Below, one piece after another: positions 1 through 8,769 of a DNA stretch of 32,000 nucleotides. The position numbers and the translations under genes are program-made. Origin of the DNA: Halomicronema hongdechloris C2206 (lineage in GTDB: Bacteria > Cyanobacteriota > Cyanobacteriia > Phormidesmidales > Phormidesmidaceae). Numbering within the stretch: position 1 is the stretch's first letter; every line of letters begins with the position of its first letter. The stretch is from positions 900,001 through 932,000 of the forward strand of contig NZ_CP021983.2 in assembly GCF_002075285.3 (NCBI RefSeq), written 5' to 3'. Below the pieces are notes generated by a model that worked only from the letters and a program-made list of their open reading frames with translations, had not been told where the DNA came from and did no database searches.

Positions 1-680
1 ATAATAAGAGTTTAGGGAAGTTTCAGTTGACCGGGATCCCACCAGCGCCTAGAGGAGTGCCTCAAATTGAGGTGTGCTTTGAGATTGATGCTGATGGCAT
101 CTTGCAAGTCTCTGCTCGAGATAAAGGAACTGGCCGTGAACAGGGAATCCGGATCACCAATACCGGTGGTCTGAGTACCGACGAAGTCGAGCGCATGCGG
201 CAGGAGGCAGAGGTCTATGCCGATGAAGATGCGCGGCGTAAGAGCCTCGCCGATCTGCGTAATCGCGCCGATAGCCTGTTCTACAGCTATGAGTCCACCA
301 TGCGCGACAACGCCGATTTGATGGACGATATTCTGAAAGAAGACGTTACCGAAAAAGCGACAGAACTTAGGGCGGCGCTAAATGACCGAGCGATTACTCC
401 AGAAGAGTTACAGAGTAAAATCGACGGTCTTCAGCAGGCTCTCTTTGCGGTAGGTGCTACTCTCTACCAGCAAGCTGAGCAAGGTGGTGATGAAAGTGAT
501 GCGGAGTATATGGACCCTGCTTATGATGGTGCCGATGCCGATGCTGAGGAGGGCACCTATGGCGGCGATGGTCATGACGGCGACGCCATAGACAGCGGTG
601 ATGGTGGAGATAGTGAGGACGAATTTGGCCTAGATGACCTGGATGCCACAGTCACCGCTGATTATGAGGCCATTGACTAG
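1..680 (+). CDS. dnaK: Molecular chaperone DnaK (Hsp70), C-terminal part; the CDS enters from the left window edge
   Basis: Frame 3 is open from nt 3. The translation NKSLGKFQLTGIPPAPRGVPQIEVCFEIDADGILQVSARDKGTG is the canonical Hsp70 substrate-binding-domain signature. It is followed by the helical lid and an Asp/Gly/Glu-rich acidic tail. A type-I dnaJ lies 160 nt downstream. Confidence 0.95.
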   Translation, partial: NKSLGKFQLTGIPPAPRGVPQIEVCFEIDADGILQVSARDKGTGREQGIRITNTGGLSTDEVERMRQEAEVYADEDARRKSLADLRNRADSLFYSYESTMRDNADLMDDILKEDVTEKATELRAALNDRAITPEELQSKIDGLQQALFAVGATLYQQAEQGGDESDAEYMDPAYDGADADAEEGTYGGDGHDGDAIDSGDGGDSEDEFGLDDLDATVTADYEAID

Positions 681-839
681 GGCCCGGCAAAATCATGTAG
701 CCCCCGACGACTCCATATTTAGGTCGCTAGCCAGAATACAGGATCAGTTTTTACAATATGTTAATGCTTTAAAGATAAAGCTTCAAAAGCACCATGTTAG
801 GTAATTGATTGTCGCTGCAGTTGCTCAAATTAGCCCTCT

Positions 840-1973
840 ATGGCCCGCGATTACTACGAAATCCTAGGTATTACTCGTAATGCTAATCAAGAAGATGTTA
901 AGCGAGCCTACCGTCGCCTAGCTCGTAAATATCATCCTGATGTCAATAAGGAACCTGGAGCCGAAGAGACGTTTAAGGAGATAAATCGAGCCTACGAGGT
1001 GCTCTCGGAACCAGAAATACGGGCTCGCTACGATCGCTTTGGTGAGGCTGGTGTCGGCGGTGCTGCTACTGCCGGGGCGGCAGGCTTTCAAGATTTTGCC
1101 GATATGGGCGGGTTCGCCGATATCTTTGAGAGTTTTTTTGGGGGCTTCGGAGGTGGCATGGGTACGGCTGCCCGACGTCGGGGCCCCACCCGAGGTGATG
1201 ACCTACGCCTCGATCTGAAGCTAGATTTTACCGAGGCCATCTTTGGTGGTGAGAAAGAAATCAAGATTGGCCATCTAGAAACCTGCTCAACCTGTAATGG
1301 TTCCGGGGCCAAACCAGGAACACGACCTCGTACTTGCTCCACCTGTAGCGGTTCAGGCCAGGTGCGGCGGGCCACTCGGACTCCATTTGGCAGTTTTACC
1401 CAAGTGTCTACCTGTCCTACCTGTAGTGGTACAGGGGAGATGATCGAAGACCGTTGTGAAGTCTGCGGTGGTAGCGGTCAGAAACAAGAGACGAAAAAAC
1501 TCAAAATTAATATCCCCGCTGGTGTGGATAACGGCACTCGACTGCGGGTATCAGGAGAAGGGGATGCTGGCCAGCGAGGGGGGCCACCTGGAGACCTCTA
1601 TGTCTATTTATTCGTTAACGAGCATGCGACATTTCGCCGAGATGGTATCAATATTCTCTCGAACCTCAAGGTTAGCTATCTGCAAGCTATCTTGGGCTGT
1701 AAGTTAAACGTCACCACCGTGGATGGGCAGGTGGAATTGGAAATTCCTGCCGGAACCCAACCTGGCACAGTGCTGACCTTAGAGAATCATGGCGTCCCTC
1801 GGTTGGGCAATCCGGTCAGTCGAGGTGATCATCTGATTACGGTTAATGTTGAAATTCCGACCCGATTGAAGCCAGAAGAGCGAGAATTGATTGCTAAGTT
1901 GGCTGAGATTCGTGGGGAAACTGTCAATCGAGGTGGAATTGAAGGATTTCTAGGAGGACTATTTCGCGGATGA
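840..1973 (+). CDS. dnaJ: Type-I co-chaperone DnaJ (Hsp40)
   Basis: J domain with YHPD, a Gly/Phe-rich linker, four CxxCxGxG zinc-finger repeats ([32 protein letters not shown]) and a C-terminal client-binding domain. ATG start. Confidence 0.96.
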   Translation: MARDYYEILGITRNANQEDVKRAYRRLARKYHPDVNKEPGAEETFKEINRAYEVLSEPEIRARYDRFGEAGVGGAATAGAAGFQDFADMGGFADIFESFFGGFGGGMGTAARRRGPTRGDDLRLDLKLDFTEAIFGGEKEIKIGHLETCSTCNGSGAKPGTRPRTCSTCSGSGQVRRATRTPFGSFTQVSTCPTCSGTGEMIEDRCEVCGGSGQKQETKKLKINIPAGVDNGTRLRVSGEGDAGQRGGPPGDLYVYLFVNEHATFRRDGINILSNLKVSYLQAILGCKLNVTTVDGQVELEIPAGTQPGTVLTLENHGVPRLGNPVSRGDHLITVNVEIPTRLKPEERELIAKLAEIRGETVNRGGIEGFLGGLFRG

Positions 1974-2272
1974 GTCATGGCAACACGAGGGCGACTCCCT
2001 CGAATCAGTCTGATCAGGTTGATGTCGCTACTACTCCAGCGAAAACCCTTGATTTGCGTGGGACTCCGTGCCCTATCAATTTTGTGCGGACCAAGCTCAC
2101 CCTAGACCAAATGCCAACAGGTACCGTGCTTGAGGTTTGGCTTGATCCTGGAGAACCTATCGAGCAAGTGCCGGATAGTTTATCCATGGAGGGATATTTA
2201 CTGCAGTCCCTTGAGGAGTGTGCCGGGTATTTTGTGCTGCGGGTTAGTCATCCCACCTCAATGCCCGCATAG
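1970..2272 (+). CDS. TusA/SirA-like (UPF0033) small sulfur-carrier-fold protein
   Basis: [17 protein letters not shown] matches the TusA signature LDxxGxxCPxP, with Asn replacing the second Pro. The ATG overlaps the dnaJ stop as ATGA (1970-1973). AGGAGG at 1952-1957 could serve as an SD. Confidence 0.8.
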   Translation: MSHGNTRATPSNQSDQVDVATTPAKTLDLRGTPCPINFVRTKLTLDQMPTGTVLEVWLDPGEPIEQVPDSLSMEGYLLQSLEECAGYFVLRVSHPTSMPA

Positions 2273-2385
2273 GAAAGCCTGCACTGTTAGCTGAGAGCAT
2301 CATTGCTATGCTGAGATCGGTGCTTTGCTGGTGACAGAGATGTCGACAATCATGATCAGTCAGTACTTTCAGCGACTACGCTGAT

Positions 2386-3525
2386 ATGTTCGAAGACTTT
2401 CCGGCTACCTTGGGATCACCTACGCAGGGCAAGGGCTACAGAGGCATTGTCTTGGCGGCCCAAGCAAATTACTACTGGGTGCAGCTGGATGATCTTGAAG
2501 CCCAAGGGGGGCCTTGGGATAGGCGGCAGTTGCTCTGTACCCGGCGGACACGATTGAAGAAGATCGGTCAGCAGGTCATGGTTGGAGACCAGGTCTGGGT
2601 CGAGGAACCGGACTGGGCGGGAGGACGTGGTGCGATCGCACAGGTTGCTCCTCGTCAAACAGTCCTAGATCGCCCCCCCGTAGCCAACGCCGATCACATC
2701 CTGCTGGTCTTTGCCCTAGCAGACCCCGCCCTAGATCCATACCAACTTAGTCGGTTTCTGGTTAAGGCAGAGTCTACGGGCTTACGGGTGAGTTTATGCC
2801 TCAACAAGCGAGATTTAGTGACTCCAGCCACCGAGCACCACTGGATAGAGCGCTTGCAACAATGGGGCTATCAGCCACTCTGCATCAGTGTTCGGGCTAG
2901 AACCCCATGGCCTACCCTAAAAGCACAGTTACGACACCATATCACCATCATCTCTGGTCCCTCTGGGGTGGGCAAATCGAGTTTAATCAACTGCCTGATT
3001 CCAGAAGCCGACCTGCGCACTAGTCAAGTATCTGGTAAGTTAGGGCACGGTCGCCATACCACTCGCCATGTGGAGCTATTCACCTTACCCACGGGCGGGT
3101 TACTGGCCGATACTCCCGGCTTTAACCATCCTGATATCGAGTGCTCGCCGGCAACATTGGCCCTGTGCTTCCCCGAAATTCGTCGCCGCTTGCAGGCAGC
3201 GACTTGCCAGTTCAATGATTGCCTGCATCGAGACGAGCCTGGCTGTGCCGTGCGCGGGGACTGGGAACGTTATGGGCACTATCAGAGGCTACTGACTGAA
3301 GCCTTGGCCCATCAGGAGACTATCTCTCAACAAACCCAGAGCGAATCGACCTTAAAGGGCAAAACCACAGCAGCTGGGCAAGTCCACCACGAACCCAAGC
3401 TCAATGTCAAAAAATATCGCCGTCCCTCTCGCCGCCGCCGCAATCAGGCTCTACAAGACCTCTACCATGACCTCTTGGCAGACGCAGAACTCTCCGAAGA
3501 AATAGCGTGGGAGGACGATAGCTGA
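2386..3525 (+). CDS. rsgA: Ribosome small-subunit-dependent GTPase A (RsgA/YjeQ)
   Basis: Circularly permuted GTPase order: NKRD, then P-loop GPSGVGKSSLIN, then DTPGF. It has an N-terminal OB region and a C-terminal zinc knuckle CQFNDCLHRDEPGC, followed by a basic/acidic tail. Confidence 0.93.
   Translation: MFEDFPATLGSPTQGKGYRGIVLAAQANYYWVQLDDLEAQGGPWDRRQLLCTRRTRLKKIGQQVMVGDQVWVEEPDWAGGRGAIAQVAPRQTVLDRPPVANADHILLVFALADPALDPYQLSRFLVKAESTGLRVSLCLNKRDLVTPATEHHWIERLQQWGYQPLCISVRARTPWPTLKAQLRHHITIISGPSGVGKSSLINCLIPEADLRTSQVSGKLGHGRHTTRHVELFTLPTGGLLADTPGFNHPDIECSPATLALCFPEIRRRLQAATCQFNDCLHRDEPGCAVRGDWERYGHYQRLLTEALAHQETISQQTQSESTLKGKTTAAGQVHHEPKLNVKKYRRPSRRRRNQALQDLYHDLLADAELSEEIAWEDDS
2632..2639. 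repeat. HIP1 palindrome GCGATCGC
   Basis: Exact match read from the sequence. Confidence 0.95.
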
Positions 3526-3551
3526 GGTGGTTGCGATAGGCCAAAGATTTG

Positions 3552-3584
3552 GCCGCCGCACAACACATCGTGGCGGCGACTTTT
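3552..3584 (+). terminator. GC-rich hairpin plus T-run between convergent rsgA and the minus-strand ORF (candidate intrinsic terminator)
   Basis: GCCGCC (3552-3557) pairs with GGCGGC (3572-3577), or the register-shifted CGCCGC/GCGGCG pairs instead. The stem is followed by TTTT (3581-3584). A second palindrome, GGCCAAAGATTTGGCC, lies at 3539-3554. Confidence 0.45.
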
Positions 3585-3588
3585 GCCT

Positions 3589-4266
3589 CTAAGGTGTAGA
3601 CCCAGTAATGACCAATTGTCCATCTACCACTTGTACCTGCTCGAGTACGATACCGGACTGCTTTAGCAGTTGCGTCAGGGCTTGCTGCAGCTGTTGAGGA
3701 GATAGCCCTAGGCCCTGAGCTACTTCAGTTAACGGAACACTCACACGACCGATGCGAAGACTACTCTGCTGATCAAATACCAACTGTCCTTGGTCAATAC
3801 GAGGCCGCCCTTCGATACCGATATAGATGTCGCGGTTAGAGAGCATGGGTGCCACTTGGGTCAGTTGGTTGAGCGCTCCTTGGGCAGCCACCGGTAATTG
3901 ATCCTGGGGCACCTCCGCCAAGTTAATCACCAGACCACTCGAAATGCGCTCCCCTTCAATGGTCGTGCTCATGCCCTTGGCCGCATTTACCAAGGGTTCG
4001 GCCTGGGGAGTCTGAGCCATGGCACTGGCCAACACTTGAGTTAACTCTGCTTCGCTGAGCTGGATTTTGACGGAGCCATCACTGGCTCGTCCCTCCGCTA
4101 ATTTACGACTGAGTAATGCTTGAGCAGTAGTCGTGGCCGTTAAGGGAGCTTGCCCAGAGGTCGTATATTCCGTGGGCAGGTAGGTGGCTCGGTTCCAGTA
4201 ATACGCTCCTACCCCAACAATGGCACCGATTGCGATAAAGAAGCCAAGCAAATATTTGGGTTTCAC
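3589..4266 (-). CDS. Hypothetical membrane-anchored protein (single N-terminal TM helix)
   Basis: The ORF is open to 4344. A GTG at 4266 is preceded by GAAGAGGTAACCTA (SD-like) and immediately precedes the hydrophobic helix YLLGFFIAIGAIVGVGAYYW, so I prefer it as the start. I recognise no catalytic motif. Coding-like composition is maintained throughout. Confidence 0.6.
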   Translation of the reverse strand: MKPKYLLGFFIAIGAIVGVGAYYWNRATYLPTEYTTSGQAPLTATTTAQALLSRKLAEGRASDGSVKIQLSEAELTQVLASAMAQTPQAEPLVNAAKGMSTTIEGERISSGLVINLAEVPQDQLPVAAQGALNQLTQVAPMLSNRDIYIGIEGRPRIDQGQLVFDQQSSLRIGRVSVPLTEVAQGLGLSPQQLQQALTQLLKQSGIVLEQVQVVDGQLVITGSTP

Positions 4267-4718
4267 TAGGTTACCTCTTCTAGTATTTAGACTGGCCTGC
4301 CCTATGGAATAGGCTACCTCCAAAACAGAAGCCCCCCTACCCATCCCATTGGCTCTGCCGTAATTTGATCTTTTGTGAAGATTACATGAAGATAAGTCGC
4401 GCCTCCAATCAATTTTTCACACGTTCATAGGGACTAGGGCTTGGTCTTTAGGTGAGGCTGAAATACCCTGTAGATTGGCCTCAAGAGCAGCAGCAGCATG
4501 GCAAGAGAGACGATCCCCATGCCGGAGATCCGTAGAAACGCGCTTGTAGGCTTCTAATTCGGCAGTTAGGCTGTATAGGTGCCATTGATCCTACTATGCT
4601 CTTGCCATTGTCATTCTCTCGAGGCACACGATGCGGATGACACCGGTGTCATTCCGTCGGGCCTGCACTACCCGGGCCATCTGCAGATGGAGTGGTCCGA
4701 TACTCATTTCCAGTTGCC

Positions 4719-5498
4719 ATGCAAACTCAAGTCACCGCTGCGCTTAAGGATAAAACCTTGATCCTGCTGAAGGAGTATCAGCAGACTGCTTCCCCAGATA
4801 CCCGTAATCGCTTGGTGAAGCTGAACTTGGGCTTGGTAAGGCGGGAAGCTCATCGCTGGCTGGCATGTTCTGACGAAACCTTTGATGATTTGATGCAGGT
4901 GGGTAGCCTAGGACTCATCCGAGCAATTGAGCGCTTCGATCTCGCTAAGGGCTATGCCTTTAGTTCCTTTGCGATTCCTTACATCCGAGGTGAGATTCAG
5001 CACTATCTACGAGACAAAGGCTGCTCTGTGCGAATTCCCCGGCGCTGGCAGACCCTCTACACCCAGGGCAGTGCCATTAGCCGTCAACTCCGTTTAGAGT
5101 TGAATCGGCCCCCTCAAGATAGAGAAATTGCTGCAAAGTTGGATATCTCTCTAGAGGAATGGCAACAGGTTAAACTGGCGGTTCGTAATCGATGGTTGGT
5201 CAGTTTGGATGCACCAATTTACGATGATGAAGAGGGGTCAGCGTCTTTAGGCGATGTGCTTCCGGATCCCAAATATAAGAGTTTTCAGCTAGCTCAAGAG
5301 GATCGAATTCGGTTGCAACAAGCTCTCCATCAATTGGAACAACGGACCCGGGATGTCTTAGAGTTTGTCTTTCTTCATGATCTGACCCAAAAGGAAACAG
5401 CAGACCGTCTTGGCATCAGTTCCGTAACCGTGTCCCGGCGAGTGAAGCAGGGCCTGACGCGATTACGATCCCTGTTGGGGTCTACAGATGAGACGTAG
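4719..5498 (+). CDS. sigF: RNA polymerase sigma factor, group 3 (SigF / SigB-F-G subfamily)
   Basis: Region 2 is DDLMQVGSLGLIRAIERFD...FSSFAIPYIRGEIQHYLRD. Region 3 is present. Region 4 carries the HTH TQKETADRLGISSVTVSRRVKQGL. There is no region 1.1 or long group-1 N-terminus. ATG at 4719 is preferred over the upstream in-frame GTG at 4692. Confidence 0.85.
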   Translation: MQTQVTAALKDKTLILLKEYQQTASPDTRNRLVKLNLGLVRREAHRWLACSDETFDDLMQVGSLGLIRAIERFDLAKGYAFSSFAIPYIRGEIQHYLRDKGCSVRIPRRWQTLYTQGSAISRQLRLELNRPPQDREIAAKLDISLEEWQQVKLAVRNRWLVSLDAPIYDDEEGSASLGDVLPDPKYKSFQLAQEDRIRLQQALHQLEQRTRDVLEFVFLHDLTQKETADRLGISSVTVSRRVKQGLTRLRSLLGSTDET

Positions 5499-5633
5499 AC
5501 GTGGTTGGTAAACCACCTGGGCAAGCGGTAGAGCCAGCTTTCTCGCCCGATCGTTTAGAGGATTCCAAAAATCTTGCTCTGACGACTATTTAGACGGTTT
5601 GTAAATCACCTCGCAGATAGATTCTGCTCAGAT

Positions 5634-5641
5634 GCGATCGC
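5634..5641. repeat. HIP1 palindrome GCGATCGC
   Basis: Exact match read from the sequence. Confidence 0.95.
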
Positions 5642-5704
5642 ACCTGCACCATCTGTGCCAAGATGCGCTATGGTTGAGAGCGAAATCAAGGTACAGCATA
5701 TTTA

Positions 5705-5792
5705 AAGCTAGTAAGGCACATGGATAACCATGAGCCCCTTGCTGTCAGGAGGTAGGCTATACCTCACCCAGCAAAGAAATGCTGTAGTAGAG
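5705..5792. repeat. Direct repeat copy A (~88 bp), upstream of the 5914-6978 ORF
   Basis: By hand alignment to 7000-7095, the blocks match 24/30, 7/10 and 37/42, with one 9-nt indel. It contains hairpins GAGGTA-GGCTA-TACCTC and CAGCA-AAGAAA-TGCTG. Confidence 0.85.
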
Positions 5793-5913
5793 CCACAGGT
5801 TGATTGTCGACTCACGAACCGTCACGGCCTTGATCGCATCTCCTAAGTCTAGGGGAAGTTTGACGGATCAGCGTTAACCCATTAATCTTGCGGGCATGAA
5901 GTGAGGTAATCTG

Positions 5914-6978
5914 ATGGGCCCTATTCTATTCATAGTGCTATTTCTACTTGGGTTAGTCTTGGCCTTCGTTGGGGGCATTATGGGCCTAGTAGAGGCATTT
6001 CGAACCAGCACCCTGTGGGGAGTTCTTTACTTGTTTATTCCCTTCGCTGCTCTGGTATTTGTAGTCAAATTTTGGCGTCGTAAACGGGTTCGAAATTCTT
6101 TTTTAATCGGCCTTGGTGGTGCTGCAGTGATGATTATTGCCGGTGTAGTTGGGGTCCTAGGGGGCATAGGAAACCAATGGCAAATGGCCGAAGATTCCCC
6201 ATCTGATCTAGACACTACTGATGATCTAGATGGGGTGCCACTGCCCTCACAAGAGGACGCTGCTCAAGATGGCCAAGCAGAAGAGTTTACTGAACCCCTC
6301 GTGCCGGCTGCTCCTAGCATTGCGGCCATCGCCAGTGCTGAACTGATTCAATCCACCGATCCCAATGAGCGGGTACGGCAGGTGACTCGCAGTCGTCCTG
6401 ATCCATATGCTACCCTGCCGATTCCTCCTAAGCCTACTCCCGTCGCTCCTCCCGCCAGTGGCCCTGCCACGACTGGCGGCGGTGGCACCACAGGGGGAGG
6501 ACAACCTGCTGGGGGTGGAGGAACTGCCACCGCCAATGGCAACGGTCAGACAGGGGGTACAACCACGGCTAGCAATGGTAGTAATGGCAGGAATGGCAGT
6601 AATGGTGGCTCTCGCATTCAGCCCTTGCCGACCTTACCTAAGCCCCAGTTAGCATCTGCTGTCGAGGTGACAGGGGCTGTGCGCATTGGCAACGATGACT
6701 ATGCCATTCTCAAGGCCCCCGGGGAAGGAGTGAGTCGATACGTCAAAGTGGGGCAACGGGTAGCCAATGGCCGGGTCTTGCTGAAGCGAATTCAAATGCG
6801 AGGAGCAGAGCCCATTGTCATTTTGGAGGAAAATGGCATCGAAGTCGCTCGTCCTGTTGGGGCCCCTGTAGAGGAATCCGAACCCTCCACTGCCAACGCT
6901 ACTAATGATCCTGCATCCCTACCCTCTGTGGCTGTGCCCCCCCAGCCAACCACAACAGCAGCCAGTCGGCAAAGTTGA
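5914..6978 (+). CDS. Hypothetical membrane protein: three N-terminal TM helices, a long low-complexity linker and a small beta-rich C-terminal domain (PilP-like by eye)
   Basis: GAGG lies 7 nt before the ATG. The N-terminus is hydrophobic (ILFIVLFLLGLVLAFVGGIMGLV, GVLYLFIPFAALVFVV, FLIGLGGAAVMIIAGVVGVLGGI). Acidic, Pro-rich and Gly/Thr/Asn-rich tracts follow. The C-terminal domain reads VTGAVRIGNDDYAILKAPGEGVSRYVKVGQRVANGRVLLKRIQMRGAEPIVILEENGIEV. Confidence 0.7.
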   Translation: MGPILFIVLFLLGLVLAFVGGIMGLVEAFRTSTLWGVLYLFIPFAALVFVVKFWRRKRVRNSFLIGLGGAAVMIIAGVVGVLGGIGNQWQMAEDSPSDLDTTDDLDGVPLPSQEDAAQDGQAEEFTEPLVPAAPSIAAIASAELIQSTDPNERVRQVTRSRPDPYATLPIPPKPTPVAPPASGPATTGGGGTTGGGQPAGGGGTATANGNGQTGGTTTASNGSNGRNGSNGGSRIQPLPTLPKPQLASAVEVTGAVRIGNDDYAILKAPGEGVSRYVKVGQRVANGRVLLKRIQMRGAEPIVILEENGIEVARPVGAPVEESEPSTANATNDPASLPSVAVPPQPTTTAASRQS

Positions 6979-6999
6979 CGCAGGGACCAGTAGCGTCTG

Positions 7000-7095
7000 A
7001 AGCTAGTGAGGTACAGGGATGGCCATAAGTTCCTTAAGCTCCTTGATATCAGGAGGTCGGCCATACCTCACCCAGCACGGCAATGCTGTATAGAC
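7000..7095. repeat. Direct repeat copy B (~96 bp), starting 22 nt after the stop of the 5914-6978 ORF
   Basis: See copy A. The CAGCA...TGCTG stem is conserved with a different loop (CGGCAA versus AAGAAA). TCAGGAGGT and ATACCTCACCCAGCA are identical in both copies. Confidence 0.85.
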
Positions 7096-7443
7096 AAAAT
7101 ACCCTCGGCTGCTGGGGTTGGCCGCCTGGATTAGCAACAAAACTTAAATCCCTGCCCGAGCGTAATCCGGGGCTGACGTAGTAATCTGATGAACAAGTTG
7201 CCTGTTCATACCAAATCAATTGAGGCAATTGGTTGAGACACAGCTCATTGGTAGTATCCAGTACCAATTCTAGGGAATATGCTGAGGCCCAGCTTCTCTG
7301 GAAAAGATCTCGAAGAGTATCTGAGATTTTGAGATTGTGTTTCAACCATCCTCTGAGTCTAGCTCTGGTATGGCCTCTATTTAGCGAAAAGAGCTAGTCA
7401 AACTTGGTGGAATTCAAACTGGTCTTTCGAGAGGGTATTATCC

Positions 7444-7650
7444 ATGGTTCAACGCGGTTCTAAAGTGCGAATCCTACGCCCAGAATCTTACTGGTATCGA
7501 GATATTGGGACGGTGGCGACGGTCGATCAAAGCGGTATCCGCTACCCAGCGATCGTACGCTTTGACAAGGTCAACTACTATGGAATCAGCTCTAATAACT
7601 TTGCCTTGTCTGAACTAGAAGAGGTTGAGCCTCCCAAGAAGAAAAAGTAA
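7444..7650 (+). CDS. psaE: Photosystem I reaction centre subunit IV (PsaE)
   Basis: The 68-aa translation [61 protein letters not shown] is the typical PsaE SH3-like sequence. GAGAGGG lies upstream of the ATG. Confidence 0.97.
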   Translation: MVQRGSKVRILRPESYWYRDIGTVATVDQSGIRYPAIVRFDKVNYYGISSNNFALSELEEVEPPKKKK

Positions 7651-7799
7651 GTCTCCTGATTTCCGGGCCACTAGGTGGGTCGCTGATGGGAAATGGTTGG
7701 GTCTTCGCCTGGGGCTAGGATAGCTCTGGGCCCGGCTATTAGATCGGTGTCAGCAGCTATAGTAAGAACGCTACGTGATGACGGAGTGACCCTGCTAAC

Positions 7800-8648
7800 G
7801 TGCCCGAGTTGCCTGAAGTCGAGACAGTTCGTCTAGGCTTAAATCGTGTAACACTCAACTATCCGATTCGGGGTGGGGAGGTGCTCTTAAAGCGCACCAT
7901 TGCCCACCCCCTTTCTGTAGATGCCTTTTTGATGGGGCTACAAGGCTGCTGCCTGTACCATTGGCGGCGACGCGGTAAATATCTGCTAGCTCAATTGGTG
8001 CAAGCCAGGGGTAACCCTGGGGGATGGCTAGGCATCCATTTACGGATGACTGGACAAATGCTGTGGTTATTACAGTCAGCGTCCCCTCCACGTCATTGTC
8101 GGGTTCGTTTGTATTTCGAGTCGGGGCAAGAATTGCAGTTTGTGGATCAGCGGACCTTCGGTCGCATGTGGTGGGTCCCTCCTGAATATGAGCCCCAGCA
8201 GGTTATTGCTGGATTGGCAACCCTAGGACCAGAACCCCTAGCGAGTACTTTTTCAGTGCCTTATCTGAGCCAAGCCTTAAGGCATCGCCAGCGACCGATT
8301 AAAAATGCTCTACTGGATCAGACCCTGGTGGCAGGCATCGGCAATATCTATGCCGATGAAGCTTTATTTATCAGTGGAATTCATCCCCAGGTTCCCTGTG
8401 CCCAGCTAAGACGCCACCGGATTGAGCGGTTACATCAGTCGATCCGTCAGGTATTGACGGTGGGGATTGAGGCGGGGGGGACAACCTTCAGTGACTTTCA
8501 TGATATTCATGGCGTCAATGGCAACTACAGTGGTGTTGCCTGGGTATATGACCGGGAAGGGAACCCCTGTCGAGTCTGTGAAACGCCTATCCGCCGTCTA
8601 CGGTTAGCAGGCCGCTCAGCCCACTATTGTCCTCGTTGCCAACGGTAG
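7800..8648 (+). CDS. mutM: Formamidopyrimidine-DNA glycosylase (Fpg/MutM)
   Basis: The GTG start yields MPELPEVETV, with the catalytic N-terminal Pro after Met removal. There is an H2TH region, and a C-terminal zinc finger CRVC...CPRC. Confidence 0.95.
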   Translation: MPELPEVETVRLGLNRVTLNYPIRGGEVLLKRTIAHPLSVDAFLMGLQGCCLYHWRRRGKYLLAQLVQARGNPGGWLGIHLRMTGQMLWLLQSASPPRHCRVRLYFESGQELQFVDQRTFGRMWWVPPEYEPQQVIAGLATLGPEPLASTFSVPYLSQALRHRQRPIKNALLDQTLVAGIGNIYADEALFISGIHPQVPCAQLRRHRIERLHQSIRQVLTVGIEAGGTTFSDFHDIHGVNGNYSGVAWVYDREGNPCRVCETPIRRLRLAGRSAHYCPRCQR

Positions 8649-8751
8649 GTAAGGGTTAGGACCCCTTATGCGTATCTCTCAGATTGCTGATGGTACAGCA
8701 ATGGGGGATAAGACCTTTCCCTTTTACAATCAGTAAAGTAATGACTGTGTT

Positions 8752-8759
8752 GCGATCGC
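8752..8759. repeat. HIP1 palindrome GCGATCGC
   Basis: Exact match read from the sequence. Confidence 0.95.
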
Positions 8760-8769
8760 AAAAAGACCT

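Noticed and set aside
1088-1375. 95-aa minus-strand ORF inside dnaJ
   Set aside because: It is antisense to the Gly/Phe and zinc-finger region of a high-confidence gene. The Pro/Arg-rich translation is typical of a shadow frame of GC-rich repeats.
4579-4761. 60-aa plus-strand ORF overlapping the sigF start
   Set aside because: It is Cys/His-rich nonsense-like sequence with no SD, and it overlaps the 5' end of sigF in another frame. It is most likely part of the sigF leader.
6247-6652. Three overlapping ORFs (6247-6504 minus, 6348-6542 minus, 6407-6652 plus) within the 354-aa gene
   Set aside because: All lie in the low-complexity Gly/Pro/Thr-coding tract, where every frame stays open. They are artefacts of repeat composition.
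7049-7345. 98-aa minus-strand ORF between repeat copy B and psaE
   Set aside because: It has a TTG start, no SD and no recognisable motif. Its last 15 codons run through repeat copy B. The same frame in copy A is only a 36-codon start-less stub, and the differences between the copies are non-synonymous. The similarity therefore reflects the DNA repeat, not a gene family. It may still be real, but I cannot support it.
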